Source: Waddliaceae bacterium (GTDB lineage: Bacteria; Chlamydiota; Chlamydiia; Chlamydiales; Waddliaceae). From it: a stretch of DNA of 64,000 bases. Below, in pieces: positions 1-10,576 of the stretch. Under the pieces are notes generated by a model, which worked only from the letters and a program-made list of their open reading frames with translations, had not been told where the DNA came from and searched no databases. The stretch's first letter is position 1. Each line of letters starts with the position of its first letter. The stretch is taken from assembly GCA_963724325.1 (NCBI GenBank), contig CAVRUH010000001.1, forward strand, positions 288,001 through 352,000, given 5' to 3'. The position numbers and the translations under genes are program-made.

Positions 1-110
1 GATTCCTAATCCTGCCCATCCCATACACAACAACCTAAAATATTTTTTACCGTGGAAATCACGGGGAACACAAAAGAAGTCATTAATATCTTGTTATTTC
101 TCTAACATAA

Positions 111-610
111 AACAGGATATGCAGGATCGCAAGCGGCAAGATATGAAGGATTATAGGAAGATGATATCAATTACTTTTTATTTTAAAACAGGGTAAGAAG
201 TTACATATATCATTCATATCCTGCCGCTTGCGATCATGCATATCTTGTTCTTTTAAGGAATAACAGGATATGCATGATCGCAAGCGGCAAGATATGAAGG
301 ATTATAGGAAGATGATATCAATTACTTTTTATTTTAAAACAGGGCAAGAAGTTACATATATCATTCATATCCTGCCGCTTGCGATCTTGCATATCTTGTT
401 CTTTTAAGGAATAACAGGATATGCAGGATCGCAAGCGGCAAGATATGAAGGATTATAGGAAGATGATATCATTTACTTTTTATTTTAAAACAGGGCAAGA
501 AGTTACATATATCATTCATATCCTGCCGCTTGCGATCTTGCATATCTTGTTCTTTTAAGGAATAACAGGATATGCAGGATCGCACGCAGCAGGATAGGCA
601 GGATACGAAA
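111..610. repeat. Tandem array of 151-bp units (3 full plus 1 partial) built from inverted ~37-bp arms (REP/BIME-like)
   Basis: AACAGGATATGCA recurs at 111, 262, 413 and 564. The arm AACAGGATATGCA(G/T)GATCGCAAGCGGCAAGATATGAA is nearly the reverse complement of TTCATATCCTGCCGCTTGCGATC(A/T)TGCATATCTTGTT. Confidence 0.95.
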
Positions 611-633
611 AAAATGGGAATGAAGAGGAATCG

Positions 634-1467
634 TTATTTGGGATGTACTTTTGCTTTAATGCTGTCTTTCCAGTTTGGCATGAAGATGTTTAAAGTATCA
701 TTGAGTTTTTTGTGTGATAGAACTGAATTGGCAGGTCGTTTTGCTGGTGTGGGATATTCTGAAGATGGGATTGGGATCAATTTCACCTGTGTGTCCTTCA
801 ATATTTCTTGAGCGAATTCATACCATGACGTCCTCCCCCCTGCAGTCAGATTGTACAGGCCATAGGCTTCATGATCTAATATACTTGATATAGCTCTAGC
901 TATATCTAGACTGCATGTAGGAGCCCCAAATTGATCATTAACAACTCTTAGTTCCGCTCTTTCTTTAGCTAATTTCAGCATGGTCGAGGGAAAATTTTTC
1001 CCCCGATTCGAATAAACCCAACTGGTTCGAAAGATAAAATATCTTCCCCCAACATTCTCTACAGCCTGTTCACCCAATAATTTTGATTTCCCATATATAT
1101 TTATAGGATCCGGCAAATCAGTCTCCTCATAGGCTCCACTTTTCTTTCCATTAAATACATAATCTGTTGAGAAGTAAATAAAAAGAGAATTGTGCTTTTT
1201 TGCTGCTTTAGCCATTTCTAAAGAAGCCTTTGCATTGATTGTAAAGGCAAGTTCAGACTCCGATTCAGCCTTATCCACATTCGTATATGCAGCGGCATTA
1301 ACGATGATGCTGGGCTTTATCAAGTCAATGAATGGAAAAATTGTCTCAGGCCGTGATAAATCAAGCGTATTTCTATCCGTTCCAATAACCTCTCCATAAC
1401 CCTGTAGAGTATGCATTAAATCAAAACCAACTTGCCCATTTTTTCCGATAACAAGAATTTTTTTCAT
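634..1467 (-). CDS. rmlD: dTDP-4-dehydrorhamnose reductase
   Basis: GKNGQVG, NAAAYTNVDKAESE, STDYVF, YGKSK, VVNDQFGAPT and PTPAKRP motifs. Confidence 0.95.
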   Translation of the reverse strand: MKKILVIGKNGQVGFDLMHTLQGYGEVIGTDRNTLDLSRPETIFPFIDLIKPSIIVNAAAYTNVDKAESESELAFTINAKASLEMAKAAKKHNSLFIYFSTDYVFNGKKSGAYEETDLPDPINIYGKSKLLGEQAVENVGGRYFIFRTSWVYSNRGKNFPSTMLKLAKERAELRVVNDQFGAPTCSLDIARAISSILDHEAYGLYNLTAGGRTSWYEFAQEILKDTQVKLIPIPSSEYPTPAKRPANSVLSHKKLNDTLNIFMPNWKDSIKAKVHPK

Positions 1468-1988
1468 ACAAATACTTTGGCATCCTTCAGAAAGAAACCC
1501 TGTTTATCTTTTTCAGATAAAATAGGAGCGTTTGAGGGCCATTTAATTGCCAATTCAGGATCATCAAATCGGATACAATGCTCATCTTCTTTATGATAAA
1601 AATCAGTGGCTTTATATAAAAAGTCGGCATTTTCAGAGAGCACCAAGAAACCATGGGCAAAACCTTCTGGAACCCATAACATCCTTTTATTCTGTTCATT
1701 TAAAATCACACCCACCCATTGTTTAAATGAGGGAGAATTTTTTCTCAAATCAACTGCTACATCAAAAACCTCTCCGGTTACCACGCGAACCAATTTCCCT
1801 TGTGGATTTTTAAGTTGGTAATGGAGTCCCCGCAAGACGTTTTTTTGTGAACGAGAATGGTTGTCTTGCACAAAAGTCTTGTTCAATTCTCTTTGGTTGA
1901 AACTCTCGAAAAAGAATCCACGATCATCGGAAAAAATCTTTGGCTCAATAATTTTTACATCTGGGATTGTTGTGTCAATTATTTTCAT
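1464..1988 (-). CDS. rmlC: dTDP-4-dehydrorhamnose 3,5-epimerase
   Basis: DDRGFFFESF, VQDNHSRS, LRGLHYQ, QGKLVRV and GFAHGF motifs. Confidence 0.95.
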   Translation of the reverse strand: MKIIDTTIPDVKIIEPKIFSDDRGFFFESFNQRELNKTFVQDNHSRSQKNVLRGLHYQLKNPQGKLVRVVTGEVFDVAVDLRKNSPSFKQWVGVILNEQNKRMLWVPEGFAHGFLVLSENADFLYKATDFYHKEDEHCIRFDDPELAIKWPSNAPILSEKDKQGFFLKDAKVFV

Positions 1989-2939
1989 TTAAGGTACCTT
2001 TTTTAGAAAAAAACAATATAAATTTCTGATTATGCCATGCTTAAAGAATCGATGCTTTAAGGAAAGGTACTTACATTTCAAGATACTTGCGCTTTCCATT
2101 GCTGCATAGTCCGAAATCATTTCTAAATTTTTTTCCGGTAATATATGTTCATAACGATCAATCATGGCATAGGCTTGAAAGGATTTTTGATTGATATTTG
2201 TAGAGCGATTTTTTAACGCCAGCATAATCTGTTCTATTGTTTTGTACTTTCTGGCTCCCAGTGTGTTTTTTCCATGCTGACGATAAAGTATTATGGGACT
2301 TTTCACAATGCCAATATGCCCGCAGGCAGATGCCACGAGCCCAATCCACCAATCATGCATAATGCTTTCAGGTGCGATAGGCTTTGCTAAATCAGCAAGC
2401 GGTCGATTTAGCATCATGGTACATCCTGTAACCTCATTTTGAACCATAATTCTATTCAAACGAAATCCTTCGCTTGGTTTTAAATGAATGTACTTCCAGA
2501 AGGATTCTGAAATTACTTTTAGATCCTGATCAACAACAATCAAATCGCCATGAACCAATAGAGGTACTTCTTTGCCATGCAGCGATTCCATCTCTCTCAT
2601 CTTCGCTATTGTTACTTGGATTTTGTCTGCTAACCAAACATCATCCTGATCGGAAAACATCACATAAGGGGCCCCAGAACTGCTTAACAAGTGTGAAAAA
2701 CTGCCGATAGCTCCGCGGTGTACTGAGTCTTCAATCAGTGTAATCTTACCTGGATGCCTAGCTATATAATCATGCACAATTGCCAACGTGCAATCCTTTG
2801 AACCATCATCCCGAATGATCAAATGGAAATCTTGATAACTCTGATTCAAAATCGAATCAATTTGTTCTCTCAAAAACCTTTCGCCATTGTAAGTCGCAAG
2901 CAGGATGTCGATATTAAACGTAGACGGAATAATCGGCAT
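1989..2939 (-). CDS. GT2 family glycosyltransferase (rhamnosyltransferase-like); start uncertain, ORF track gives 2981
   Basis: LLATYNGERFLREQIDSIL, IRDDGSKD, FSDQDDVW, MHDWW and YRQHGKN motifs. Confidence 0.88.
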   Translation of the reverse strand: MPIIPSTFNIDILLATYNGERFLREQIDSILNQSYQDFHLIIRDDGSKDCTLAIVHDYIARHPGKITLIEDSVHRGAIGSFSHLLSSSGAPYVMFSDQDDVWLADKIQVTIAKMREMESLHGKEVPLLVHGDLIVVDQDLKVISESFWKYIHLKPSEGFRLNRIMVQNEVTGCTMMLNRPLADLAKPIAPESIMHDWWIGLVASACGHIGIVKSPIILYRQHGKNTLGARKYKTIEQIMLALKNRSTNINQKSFQAYAMIDRYEHILPEKNLEMISDYAAMESASILKCKYLSLKHRFFKHGIIRNLYCFFLKKVP

Positions 2940-3495
2940 ATTGCAATAACTCTCTGTCACCTGCACTGTCTCCATAAGCATATAAAATGTAATTTTTATT
3001 CTCTCCCATCAGCTGCTTCAACCTAACAACCTTTTCTGGACCTCGACAATTTAATCCTTTAAGTTTTCCAGTCACCCTACCTTCTTTGTCAATATCAATG
3101 ATTGAAGTCAAAGCGGCGTAAAATCCCATAGATTTTCCCCAATATTCGAGATAAGCATCCATTGATGCACTCACCAACACACACAAATGCCCTTGCTGTT
3201 GATGCCATCGAATCTTTTCGATCATCTCGGGCCTGACCTTTATTCCATGCTTCACGTATTTTTCACCCATCAAACGCAATTCACTCAGAGGCAAACCTCC
3301 ATAAAATTGCTTCAAAATCCTTTCCTTAACTGTTTGACGGGTACTTAATCTGAAAATAAATCCGATGAACACAGGCAGACACAAAAATAAGTTAAAATTC
3401 GCCCCAATAAAACCATGGGTAAAAAAAAGAAAAGGGAGCAGCGAATCCCTGTATGTAATCGTTCCATCAAAATCAAATGCAGCTACAGTTTTCAT
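2914..3495 (-). CDS. HAD-IB family hydrolase
   Basis: FDFDGT, LVSAS, NCRGPEKV and AYGDSAGD motifs. Confidence 0.88.
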   Translation of the reverse strand: MKTVAAFDFDGTITYRDSLLPFLFFTHGFIGANFNLFLCLPVFIGFIFRLSTRQTVKERILKQFYGGLPLSELRLMGEKYVKHGIKVRPEMIEKIRWHQQQGHLCVLVSASMDAYLEYWGKSMGFYAALTSIIDIDKEGRVTGKLKGLNCRGPEKVVRLKQLMGENKNYILYAYGDSAGDRELLQYADYSVYV

Positions 3496-3549
3496 ATGTG
3501 ATAGATTTTAAGGAAAAAAACGATAAGATGCTATATAATCCAGAGTATT

Positions 3550-4512
3550 ATGAAAAAAAACGTCTTAATCACAGGTGCTGCCGGTTTCATCGGATTTCAC
3601 CTAGCAAAGAAATTGCACGACCGAGGGGACTTGGTTACAGGCTACGACAACTTCAATGATTACTACACCCCAAAACTCAAACTCGACCGTACAAACGAAC
3701 TGCGTAAAGCAGGTATAACAATTATAGAAGCGGATGTATGCGATGCTGTCTCACTAGAGAATACAATCCTAAATCATAAAATCACACACATCGTCCACCT
3801 GGCTGCCCAAGCAGGGGTCCGCTACTCGCTCATCAACCCCCACGCCTATATCAAAAGCAATATTGAAGGATTTTTGCAAATTTTAGAAACTTGCAAAAAA
3901 CACGAGCTCCCACTTATTTACGCCTCTTCATCTTCTGTTTACGGAAACAACACAAAAATTCCCTTTGCAGAATCCGATAAGACCGATCAACAAGCAAGCC
4001 TCTACGGAGTGACAAAAAAAAGCAACGAACTTATGGCCTATAGCTACCACCACCTCTATGGGATGCCAGTAACAGGCCTCCGCTTTTTCACCGTCTATGG
4101 CCCATGGGGACGTCCTGACATGGCCTATTATTCTTTCACCGAAGCAATACTATCAGGAAAAACGATCGAAGTTTTCAATGAAGGGAAAATGAGCCGCGAT
4201 TTCACCTATATCGATGACATACTCAATGGCACAACCGCCGCTTTGGATCTCAATGCCCCCTGCGAAGTTTTTAATTTAGGAAATAACCACCCCGTACAAC
4301 TTCTTGATTTTATTAAAATTATTGAGGAGGCCGCAGGGAAAAAAGCGAATTTAAAATTTTGCCCGATGCAGAAAGGCGACGTCGAAAAAACATATGCCAA
4401 TATCGAGCATAGTCAACAAAAATTGGGCTTTCAGCCTCATACTTCCATAGAGGAAGGAATAGCTAAATTTGTAGATTGGTACAAAGAATATACAATTTTC
4501 CTTTCCAAATAA
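3550..4512 (+). CDS. NAD-dependent epimerase (UDP-glucuronate 4-epimerase-like)
   Basis: TGAAGFIG, HLAAQAGVRYS, ASSSSVYG, YGVTK and RFFTVYGPWGRPDMA motifs. Confidence 0.92.
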   Translation: MKKNVLITGAAGFIGFHLAKKLHDRGDLVTGYDNFNDYYTPKLKLDRTNELRKAGITIIEADVCDAVSLENTILNHKITHIVHLAAQAGVRYSLINPHAYIKSNIEGFLQILETCKKHELPLIYASSSSVYGNNTKIPFAESDKTDQQASLYGVTKKSNELMAYSYHHLYGMPVTGLRFFTVYGPWGRPDMAYYSFTEAILSGKTIEVFNEGKMSRDFTYIDDILNGTTAALDLNAPCEVFNLGNNHPVQLLDFIKIIEEAAGKKANLKFCPMQKGDVEKTYANIEHSQQKLGFQPHTSIEEGIAKFVDWYKEYTIFLSK

Positions 4513-4561
4513 TAGGCAAAAAAATACTATCTGGACTAGACATTTTACAGGAAACTTTGTA

Positions 4562-5188
4562 ATGCGGTACCTATCAATTTTTATTCTACTCATTTCTCTA
4601 GCAAGTTGCGCCCGTTTCGGCTACTACTATAATGGTCGTGGAGCATCCCAAGTGGATATTAGCGAGGTCTCTCGCGAAATTCTAGTTTATAGCGCCAAAC
4701 AGTATCACGACAAGTTGCTGTTTCTTGATGACTCTGTCGTCTACTACGATGACACAATTCAAGGAATTCGCCTCGATTTCACCATACAACCCATCTACGA
4801 CAATCTTTGGAGCACAAGAGAACTCATGGTTGATACTGTCGAAGGCTTTCTGGAAAAAATTAATAATAACGATAAGATCGTCGCTCAAATGGAACACTAT
4901 CCATTTACGGCGGATGACCTGGAAGTCATCATTAAGTTCAGCACCTATTTTGGAAAATATATTGATACTCAAGTATCAGCCTTTGCCATCCTCTACGGCG
5001 GCGTTGTAAGCTACTACACTTTTACAGCCCTTGACTGCACTCAAGATTGTTATGACCGTCGCATCGAAAATTACTGGCAAAGTAAGATGTTTGTCGAGTA
5101 TAATCGCGAGGGAAAGAAGGAAGTGGCGCCCAAAAAGAGTGAATTTAAAACACTCTTTGAAACAGAAAGGTATGTCCCAGCAAAGTAA
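4562..5188 (+). CDS. Putative lipoprotein, unknown function
   Basis: 208-aa ORF with a hydrophobic signal peptide ending in the lipobox LASC. Confidence 0.7.
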   Translation: MRYLSIFILLISLASCARFGYYYNGRGASQVDISEVSREILVYSAKQYHDKLLFLDDSVVYYDDTIQGIRLDFTIQPIYDNLWSTRELMVDTVEGFLEKINNNDKIVAQMEHYPFTADDLEVIIKFSTYFGKYIDTQVSAFAILYGGVVSYYTFTALDCTQDCYDRRIENYWQSKMFVEYNREGKKEVAPKKSEFKTLFETERYVPAK

Positions 5189-6729
5189 TGTCAATTGATT
5201 TTCTCCGGCACAATCTCATTGAGATTTGTGCCGTCTCCAATTCAAAAAATGGAGGCAAAATTGTTACCGATAAAAGCGGTTCTAATATCTATAATCGTGC
5301 CACTATTGTTGGAGCCGTCGGGAAGTATTCTGACAGCCAACGTCTCATAAGTGCCTTCCAGAAGACTGAACAGGCATTTATCAATGAATTAGCGACAGTC
5401 CAAGGGCACGCAACATTATACAAGACTTATCTTACACGCAAAATGAATACCCTGGTCGTTAAAGAAGAGGACTACCATAAGGCACGCGAAGGAATCATTG
5501 CATGGCAAAATTCCACAAAACAATTTTATAAGACGAAATGGTTCGCTGCTATTCAAAACTTATGTGCCCCTTATTCTAACAACCTGTCATTTTTAACAAT
5601 GCCAACTTGGTCATTTACATTCCTAGAACGCATCATTAATCTAGAAAAAACATGCCGCGGCCCCTTACCCCTGGAATTGATTTATAGATTAGCGAAAGAA
5701 GAAGATTGCAAAGAATACGATTGGATTCAATTAATTAGATGGCTTTCTAAATTCGAAGACATACACCCTTTGCAGAAGTTTTTTCTAGCACTGGACAATC
5801 TCATCGGAAAAGATAATATTGTCAAACTTCAAATCAACTGTTTAAACAAAGGCTGCGATATTTTTGAGAAAAATGATCTCAAACATTTGGCATGGAGAAA
5901 AACTTTGAAGTCAGGTCAAACCATTGATGGCTATACCCTGTCAAATCAAGTTGGGGAAAAAGTCGGAGCTCCTGATGGGCAAATATTTTTTGATATTGCA
6001 AATCACCCTAAAAGACTATTTATGGTTGCTAACAATTGCTGTTGTCTTGAGATTCAGAAATGTTTGTCTACAGACATAGACTTTGCAGCCTCGCATGGAT
6101 ATGAAGGCCTTCCTTCGCCCGTATTTTACTTCATAGACCCCAATGGCAGGTATGCTATCGTAGAAAAATTTCTGACCAGCATTGAAGAACGAACCTGGAT
6201 CACTGAAGGGAAAAGATTTGCAAAGGAAGACACCCCTTATGCAAAATTGATCAGCATTTATGTACAGCAGATGCATAGCACACAACGGATGTACTCTTTT
6301 CTAGATCCAAAATATATCATGCTTAGGCAGCTCAGAGATGGATTGAATTTAGTATCAGTTAAGTTGTCTAATAAAAAATACTATAATTTTATAAAGGTCG
6401 AAAAATTTATCTATGATTGCTCTAAAAGAATTCTTCCGGTATTCATGAATATCATGAAATGGTCGGGCCTGAACAGAACACCTGAAGCTCTTTGTTTTAA
6501 AAAAATTATAAAAAAAACAATAAACGGTAAAAATCCTAACATTCCTGACATCGTTGCCAAATATGAATTTCCAGGAAAGAAGGTTATAAACAGAGCCCAA
6601 GAACTCATCCCTGAAATTATCCGTCTAAGAAGGATTCTAAAGGCTGAACGCCTCAATTATTTGTGGGAAAATACTGGTTCCTACAGCTTCCTCTGGCCGA
6701 CAATATCCGAAGAAGCAGATTCAATGTGA
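5188..6729 (+). CDS. Hypothetical protein (513 aa)
   Basis: Long ORF coupled to the upstream gene by TAATG. No confident motif. Confidence 0.65.
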   Translation: MSIDFLRHNLIEICAVSNSKNGGKIVTDKSGSNIYNRATIVGAVGKYSDSQRLISAFQKTEQAFINELATVQGHATLYKTYLTRKMNTLVVKEEDYHKAREGIIAWQNSTKQFYKTKWFAAIQNLCAPYSNNLSFLTMPTWSFTFLERIINLEKTCRGPLPLELIYRLAKEEDCKEYDWIQLIRWLSKFEDIHPLQKFFLALDNLIGKDNIVKLQINCLNKGCDIFEKNDLKHLAWRKTLKSGQTIDGYTLSNQVGEKVGAPDGQIFFDIANHPKRLFMVANNCCCLEIQKCLSTDIDFAASHGYEGLPSPVFYFIDPNGRYAIVEKFLTSIEERTWITEGKRFAKEDTPYAKLISIYVQQMHSTQRMYSFLDPKYIMLRQLRDGLNLVSVKLSNKKYYNFIKVEKFIYDCSKRILPVFMNIMKWSGLNRTPEALCFKKIIKKTINGKNPNIPDIVAKYEFPGKKVINRAQELIPEIIRLRRILKAERLNYLWENTGSYSFLWPTISEEADSM

Positions 6730-6730
6730 A

Positions 6731-8017
6731 TCATTCATTGCTGGAGTTAAACCATTTATTTACTATCGCAAGAGCAATGGCCCCTCCTGCGAGGGCGACT
6801 AACCCATATTTTACAGTCGTAGTAATGCCTAATGCTTTCGAAAGGACATTCATTCTACCTTTATTTCTAGAGAGTGTTGCCGTTTTTAAAGCTTGAAATA
6901 ACAGATTGGTATTATTTTTGACCTTTTCCAGTTCAAGGAGCTCTGTCATAAAATCTTCTGTTTCAGATTCTACAGCGTAGTCCAAAGCAGTCATTTTTTT
7001 ATTTGATGCCCTTGACGGATCTGCTCCACCACATATTAAAATTGAGAAAGTCAAATAGGCACATTTTTGGATCGAAATCATCAAAGGCGTAATTCCTTCC
7101 AAATCGGGTTCATCAATATTTACTTCATTCGAAATCAAAGTGTAAATTAGTTCCGTATTGTTGCCCTCTGCAGCATAATGAGCCAAAGTTTTATCTACAT
7201 TCGGTCCGAATTTCTCTTTAAAGTTTGTATTAGGAGCGACAAACAAATTAAAGAAATCCATATTAATGCTTGCAGCCAGAGCTATTGGTTTTTCTCTGCT
7301 GCTATTTGATTTATTTCGGTTAGCCTTTTTTTCTATGAGCAACTCAACAACACTTTTGCTTTTAGCTTTACAGGCAGCTGTCAGAAGCGTTTGGGTCTCA
7401 CTTCCTAAGCGTTGTTTAGGATTCGCTCCCAACTGGATTAAAGTTTTTACCATCGTTAAATTACCGACTCCACAGGCAGGAAGCAGGCATGATTGAATGA
7501 CTTCATTTGAAGGAATTTCTCTTTTTAGAATATATTTGAATGCTTTTATCGAATTGTGCTGCGTTGCCAGTTTTAAATCTTTGATGTATATGATAAAAAT
7601 TGTTTTGAATATTAAAAGTGAAGAGGTATTAGGCAAGTGTGCGTCGAGCGATTTTAGAAAGGGAATCAATTTGATATTATTTTCGAAAAGTTTGCAGACA
7701 GTTCTTTTTATATCTGTAATGCGTTCGAGTCTTGGCAAATAAGCTCGCATTTCTTCTGCATGGAAGATTGGCGAGCGTTTAGAAACAATATCATGATAGA
7801 TTTTTGTGATTTGCAAAACCAATATAGTTGTTTCCTCTTTCTGCCTTACTCGAATACCTAAGGAATAAAGTAAGGCAAAGGAAATGCAGTCGACGGCTGT
7901 TTTCCATCTTTTGCAAATACTGCGCACGTTTGCAAGACCAACAGTATCGAAATCTTTAAAGACCATATAACATATGTCTGCATGCAGCAACAGTCTATTG
8001 TCTGTGTCGACGCTCAT
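6731..8017 (-). CDS. F-box plus ankyrin repeat protein with C-terminal hydrophobic anchor (putative effector)
   Basis: N-terminal LHADICYMVFKDFDTVGLANVRSICKRWK is F-box-like. Ankyrin motifs TLLTAAC, TLAHYAA, GITPLMIS and TALDYAV. C-terminal YGLVALAGGAIALAIV. Confidence 0.8.
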   Translation of the reverse strand: MSVDTDNRLLLHADICYMVFKDFDTVGLANVRSICKRWKTAVDCISFALLYSLGIRVRQKEETTILVLQITKIYHDIVSKRSPIFHAEEMRAYLPRLERITDIKRTVCKLFENNIKLIPFLKSLDAHLPNTSSLLIFKTIFIIYIKDLKLATQHNSIKAFKYILKREIPSNEVIQSCLLPACGVGNLTMVKTLIQLGANPKQRLGSETQTLLTAACKAKSKSVVELLIEKKANRNKSNSSREKPIALAASINMDFFNLFVAPNTNFKEKFGPNVDKTLAHYAAEGNNTELIYTLISNEVNIDEPDLEGITPLMISIQKCAYLTFSILICGGADPSRASNKKMTALDYAVESETEDFMTELLELEKVKNNTNLLFQALKTATLSRNKGRMNVLSKALGITTTVKYGLVALAGGAIALAIVNKWFNSSNE

Positions 8018-8117
8018 TTAGTCAATGTAGGTTGCAACATCATACCCACCATTTTTTTTACCATGCTTGACACATACAACTTATTATTATTTTTTGCAAA
8101 GTTTAACGTAAATTGGT

Positions 8118-9545
8118 ATGATTCAAGGAATGACATATGTAAAAAATAAATACTTTGCAGTCCTAGTCTTGCTTCTTCTATTGAAGGCAGTTTTGTTCTT
8201 TTTATGGATTCCGCACACCGAGATGGGTTTGGCCCCTGATGAGGCTCAATACTGGACCTGGAGCAAGCATTTGGATTGGGGATATTATAGTAAACCCCCC
8301 GGAATAGCCTGGCAGATTTGGCTGGGAACTGAAATTTTCGGTGATACAGTGCTCGGGGTCCGTTTTATGTCGATTATTCTCTCGACAGCACTCTCGCTTG
8401 CAGCCTTTTTTCTTGCTAAATCGTGCTCTCTTAAAGACGACGCCTCATTTTGGGCTGCCGTTGCATTAACTTTCACTCCAATAGGACTGATTTCTTCCTT
8501 TCTAGCAACAACCGACGGGGGAATGCTCCTTTTCTGGACCCTCTCCTGCGCTTGCTTTCTATCGACTGGCAACTATTATCTTACCGGTTTAATGATTCTT
8601 TGCGGGGCTCTTTTTAAGTGGCCGATTTACCTTGTATGGATACCAATTATTCTCTTTGGAAGTAAGAATAAGCATGTCATTGGAGGACTTTTTCTTTCGC
8701 TTCTCGGTCTTTTCCCTTCGGTGGTGTGGAATTATTCGCACGACTGGGTGACATTCAAGCATGTGTTGACCCAAAGTACCGGAGGGAGCGCACGGTCAGA
8801 ACTAAAGGGTAATTTTTTTGAATTTTTGGGGTCTCAAATAGCTATTTTTTCTCCTATTCTTTTTGTGTTGCTCGTATTGGCATTTATTTATCTCATCAGA
8901 AACTACAAAAATGTGCCGCGCCAGATCCAATTCTGCGGGATATTATCTTTGTCTGTGCTGGTCATCTTTTTGGGCATGTCATTCGTGACCAAAATGCAAG
9001 GAAATTGGTGTCTATTTGCCTATCCAACAGCCTTTGTCTTAATTGCCTGGTATGAGCGATCATGGTCTACTGCTTTTTCTAGGTTAAAATGGGGAATTCT
9101 AGTTGCACTTATTTTAATTGCCATAGTCATTGCCTTCAACCCTTTTAAGCAAACTTTGGGTTGGAATGGCATTAGTGATGCACTCATTGAAACTGGCTAT
9201 GATCCAAAAACTGAGTTTCTTTTCGGTGATAAATACCAAACAACGAGTATTTTAAGTTTTTATGGCCCTGAACAACATCGAGCTTATTTTTTAAATCTTC
9301 AAGGAACAAGAAAAAATCAATTTTTATTTTGGCCGAGAATGCCTCAAGAACAGAAAGGCCGCACAGGGTATTTTGTTCTTTTCGAAAAGGTGGCTCCCGA
9401 GGATTATGTAAAACTCCTACAAAAATACTTCTCAAAGGTAGAATATTTAGGAGCCAAACAGCTAACCAACTCTGGCAAAACAGCTTATATCTTCAAATGC
9501 ACCAATTACAATGGCGAAGAACCCCCAGATCCAAACCTATTCTGA
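8118..9545 (+). CDS. ArnT/PMT-like (GT39/GT83) membrane glycosyltransferase
   Basis: PDEAQYWTWSKHLDWGYYSKPP motif and many transmembrane segments. Confidence 0.85.
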   Translation: MIQGMTYVKNKYFAVLVLLLLLKAVLFFLWIPHTEMGLAPDEAQYWTWSKHLDWGYYSKPPGIAWQIWLGTEIFGDTVLGVRFMSIILSTALSLAAFFLAKSCSLKDDASFWAAVALTFTPIGLISSFLATTDGGMLLFWTLSCACFLSTGNYYLTGLMILCGALFKWPIYLVWIPIILFGSKNKHVIGGLFLSLLGLFPSVVWNYSHDWVTFKHVLTQSTGGSARSELKGNFFEFLGSQIAIFSPILFVLLVLAFIYLIRNYKNVPRQIQFCGILSLSVLVIFLGMSFVTKMQGNWCLFAYPTAFVLIAWYERSWSTAFSRLKWGILVALILIAIVIAFNPFKQTLGWNGISDALIETGYDPKTEFLFGDKYQTTSILSFYGPEQHRAYFLNLQGTRKNQFLFWPRMPQEQKGRTGYFVLFEKVAPEDYVKLLQKYFSKVEYLGAKQLTNSGKTAYIFKCTNYNGEEPPDPNLF

Positions 9546-9586
9546 ACTTGATGAAGTTTCCTATATGGCGATTGTCTTCACTTATG

Positions 9587-10576
9587 TTATTTAGGGAGCA
9601 TTAGTGAAAGTTCAATTGTCCTTCTTAGACCATCTTGAAAGGTATATTCGGGATGCCAGCCGAGTTCTGATTTTATTTTAGAACAATCGATGGCATAACG
9701 GAAATCATGCCCGGGGCGGTCATGAACAAAAGTGATCAGTTTTTTATAATCCTGGGGATTTTTATTAAGAGTTTTCGATAACACAAAAATAATTTGATGT
9801 ACCAAATCAATATTGGACCATTCGGACTCTCCTCCAATATTGTATGTTTCACCCTTTTTTCCCATTTTTAGCAACATCCAAAGAGCCTTTACATGATCTT
9901 CTACAAAGAGCCAATCGCGCACATTTTTTCCATCACCATAGATAGGAAGGGGGTTTTCATTAAGACAATTTGTAATCATTAGGGGAATGAATTTTTCTGG
10001 ATATTGATAGGGGCCATAGTTATTGCTGCAATTTGAGATGCAAGTCGATATGTTATACGTTGTAGTATAAGCCCTTACAAAATGGTCAGAAGCCGCTTTT
10101 GAGGCCGAATAAGGTGAATTTGGTTTATAAGGAGATGTTTCCGAAAAATATCCAGTTTCGCCCAAGCAACCATATACTTCATCTGTGGAAACATGGTGAA
10201 AATGTATATGAGGAAGACCCCTGACGACTTCAAGCAATGCGAATGTTCCCATGATATTTGTTTCGAGAAACTGCTGTGGGCCGGAGATGCTGCGATCGAC
10301 ATGACTCTCGGCAGCAAAATGGATGATAGTGTCGATTTCTTGTTCGACGCAAAGATGCTTAACAAGAGTCTGATTTCTAATATCCCCTTTTTGGAATGAA
10401 TAACGGGGATCGCGTTCTACTTCCTTTAAATTGTCTAGATTTCCCGCATAAGTTAGAGCGTCAAAATTGACAATCATCCCATTGAATTCGGGATTCTTTA
10501 ATAGGTATCGAATGAATGCCGAACCGATAAAACCGGCACCGCCCGTCACTAATATATTTTTTGGATTTCTAAACAT
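9587..10576 (-). CDS. rmlB: dTDP-glucose 4,6-dehydratase
   Basis: [38 protein letters not shown] and [12 protein letters not shown] motifs. Confidence 0.95.
   Translation of the reverse strand: MFRNPKNILVTGGAGFIGSAFIRYLLKNPEFNGMIVNFDALTYAGNLDNLKEVERDPRYSFQKGDIRNQTLVKHLCVEQEIDTIIHFAAESHVDRSISGPQQFLETNIMGTFALLEVVRGLPHIHFHHVSTDEVYGCLGETGYFSETSPYKPNSPYSASKAASDHFVRAYTTTYNISTCISNCSNNYGPYQYPEKFIPLMITNCLNENPLPIYGDGKNVRDWLFVEDHVKALWMLLKMGKKGETYNIGGESEWSNIDLVHQIIFVLSKTLNKNPQDYKKLITFVHDRPGHDFRYAIDCSKIKSELGWHPEYTFQDGLRRTIELSLMLPK

Noticed and set aside
111..610. CRISPR array
   Set aside because: The spacers are identical between units, the repeats alternate in orientation, and there are no cas genes in the window.
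572..811. 79-aa ORF on the + strand
   Set aside because: It begins inside the repeat array and runs antisense to rmlD, so it is a shadow ORF. The same applies to most short ORFs overlapping long genes in the track.
5188..6729. Protein kinase
   Set aside because: There is only a vague resemblance (YAIVEKF, LDPKYIML) and no recognisable HRD or DFG motifs.
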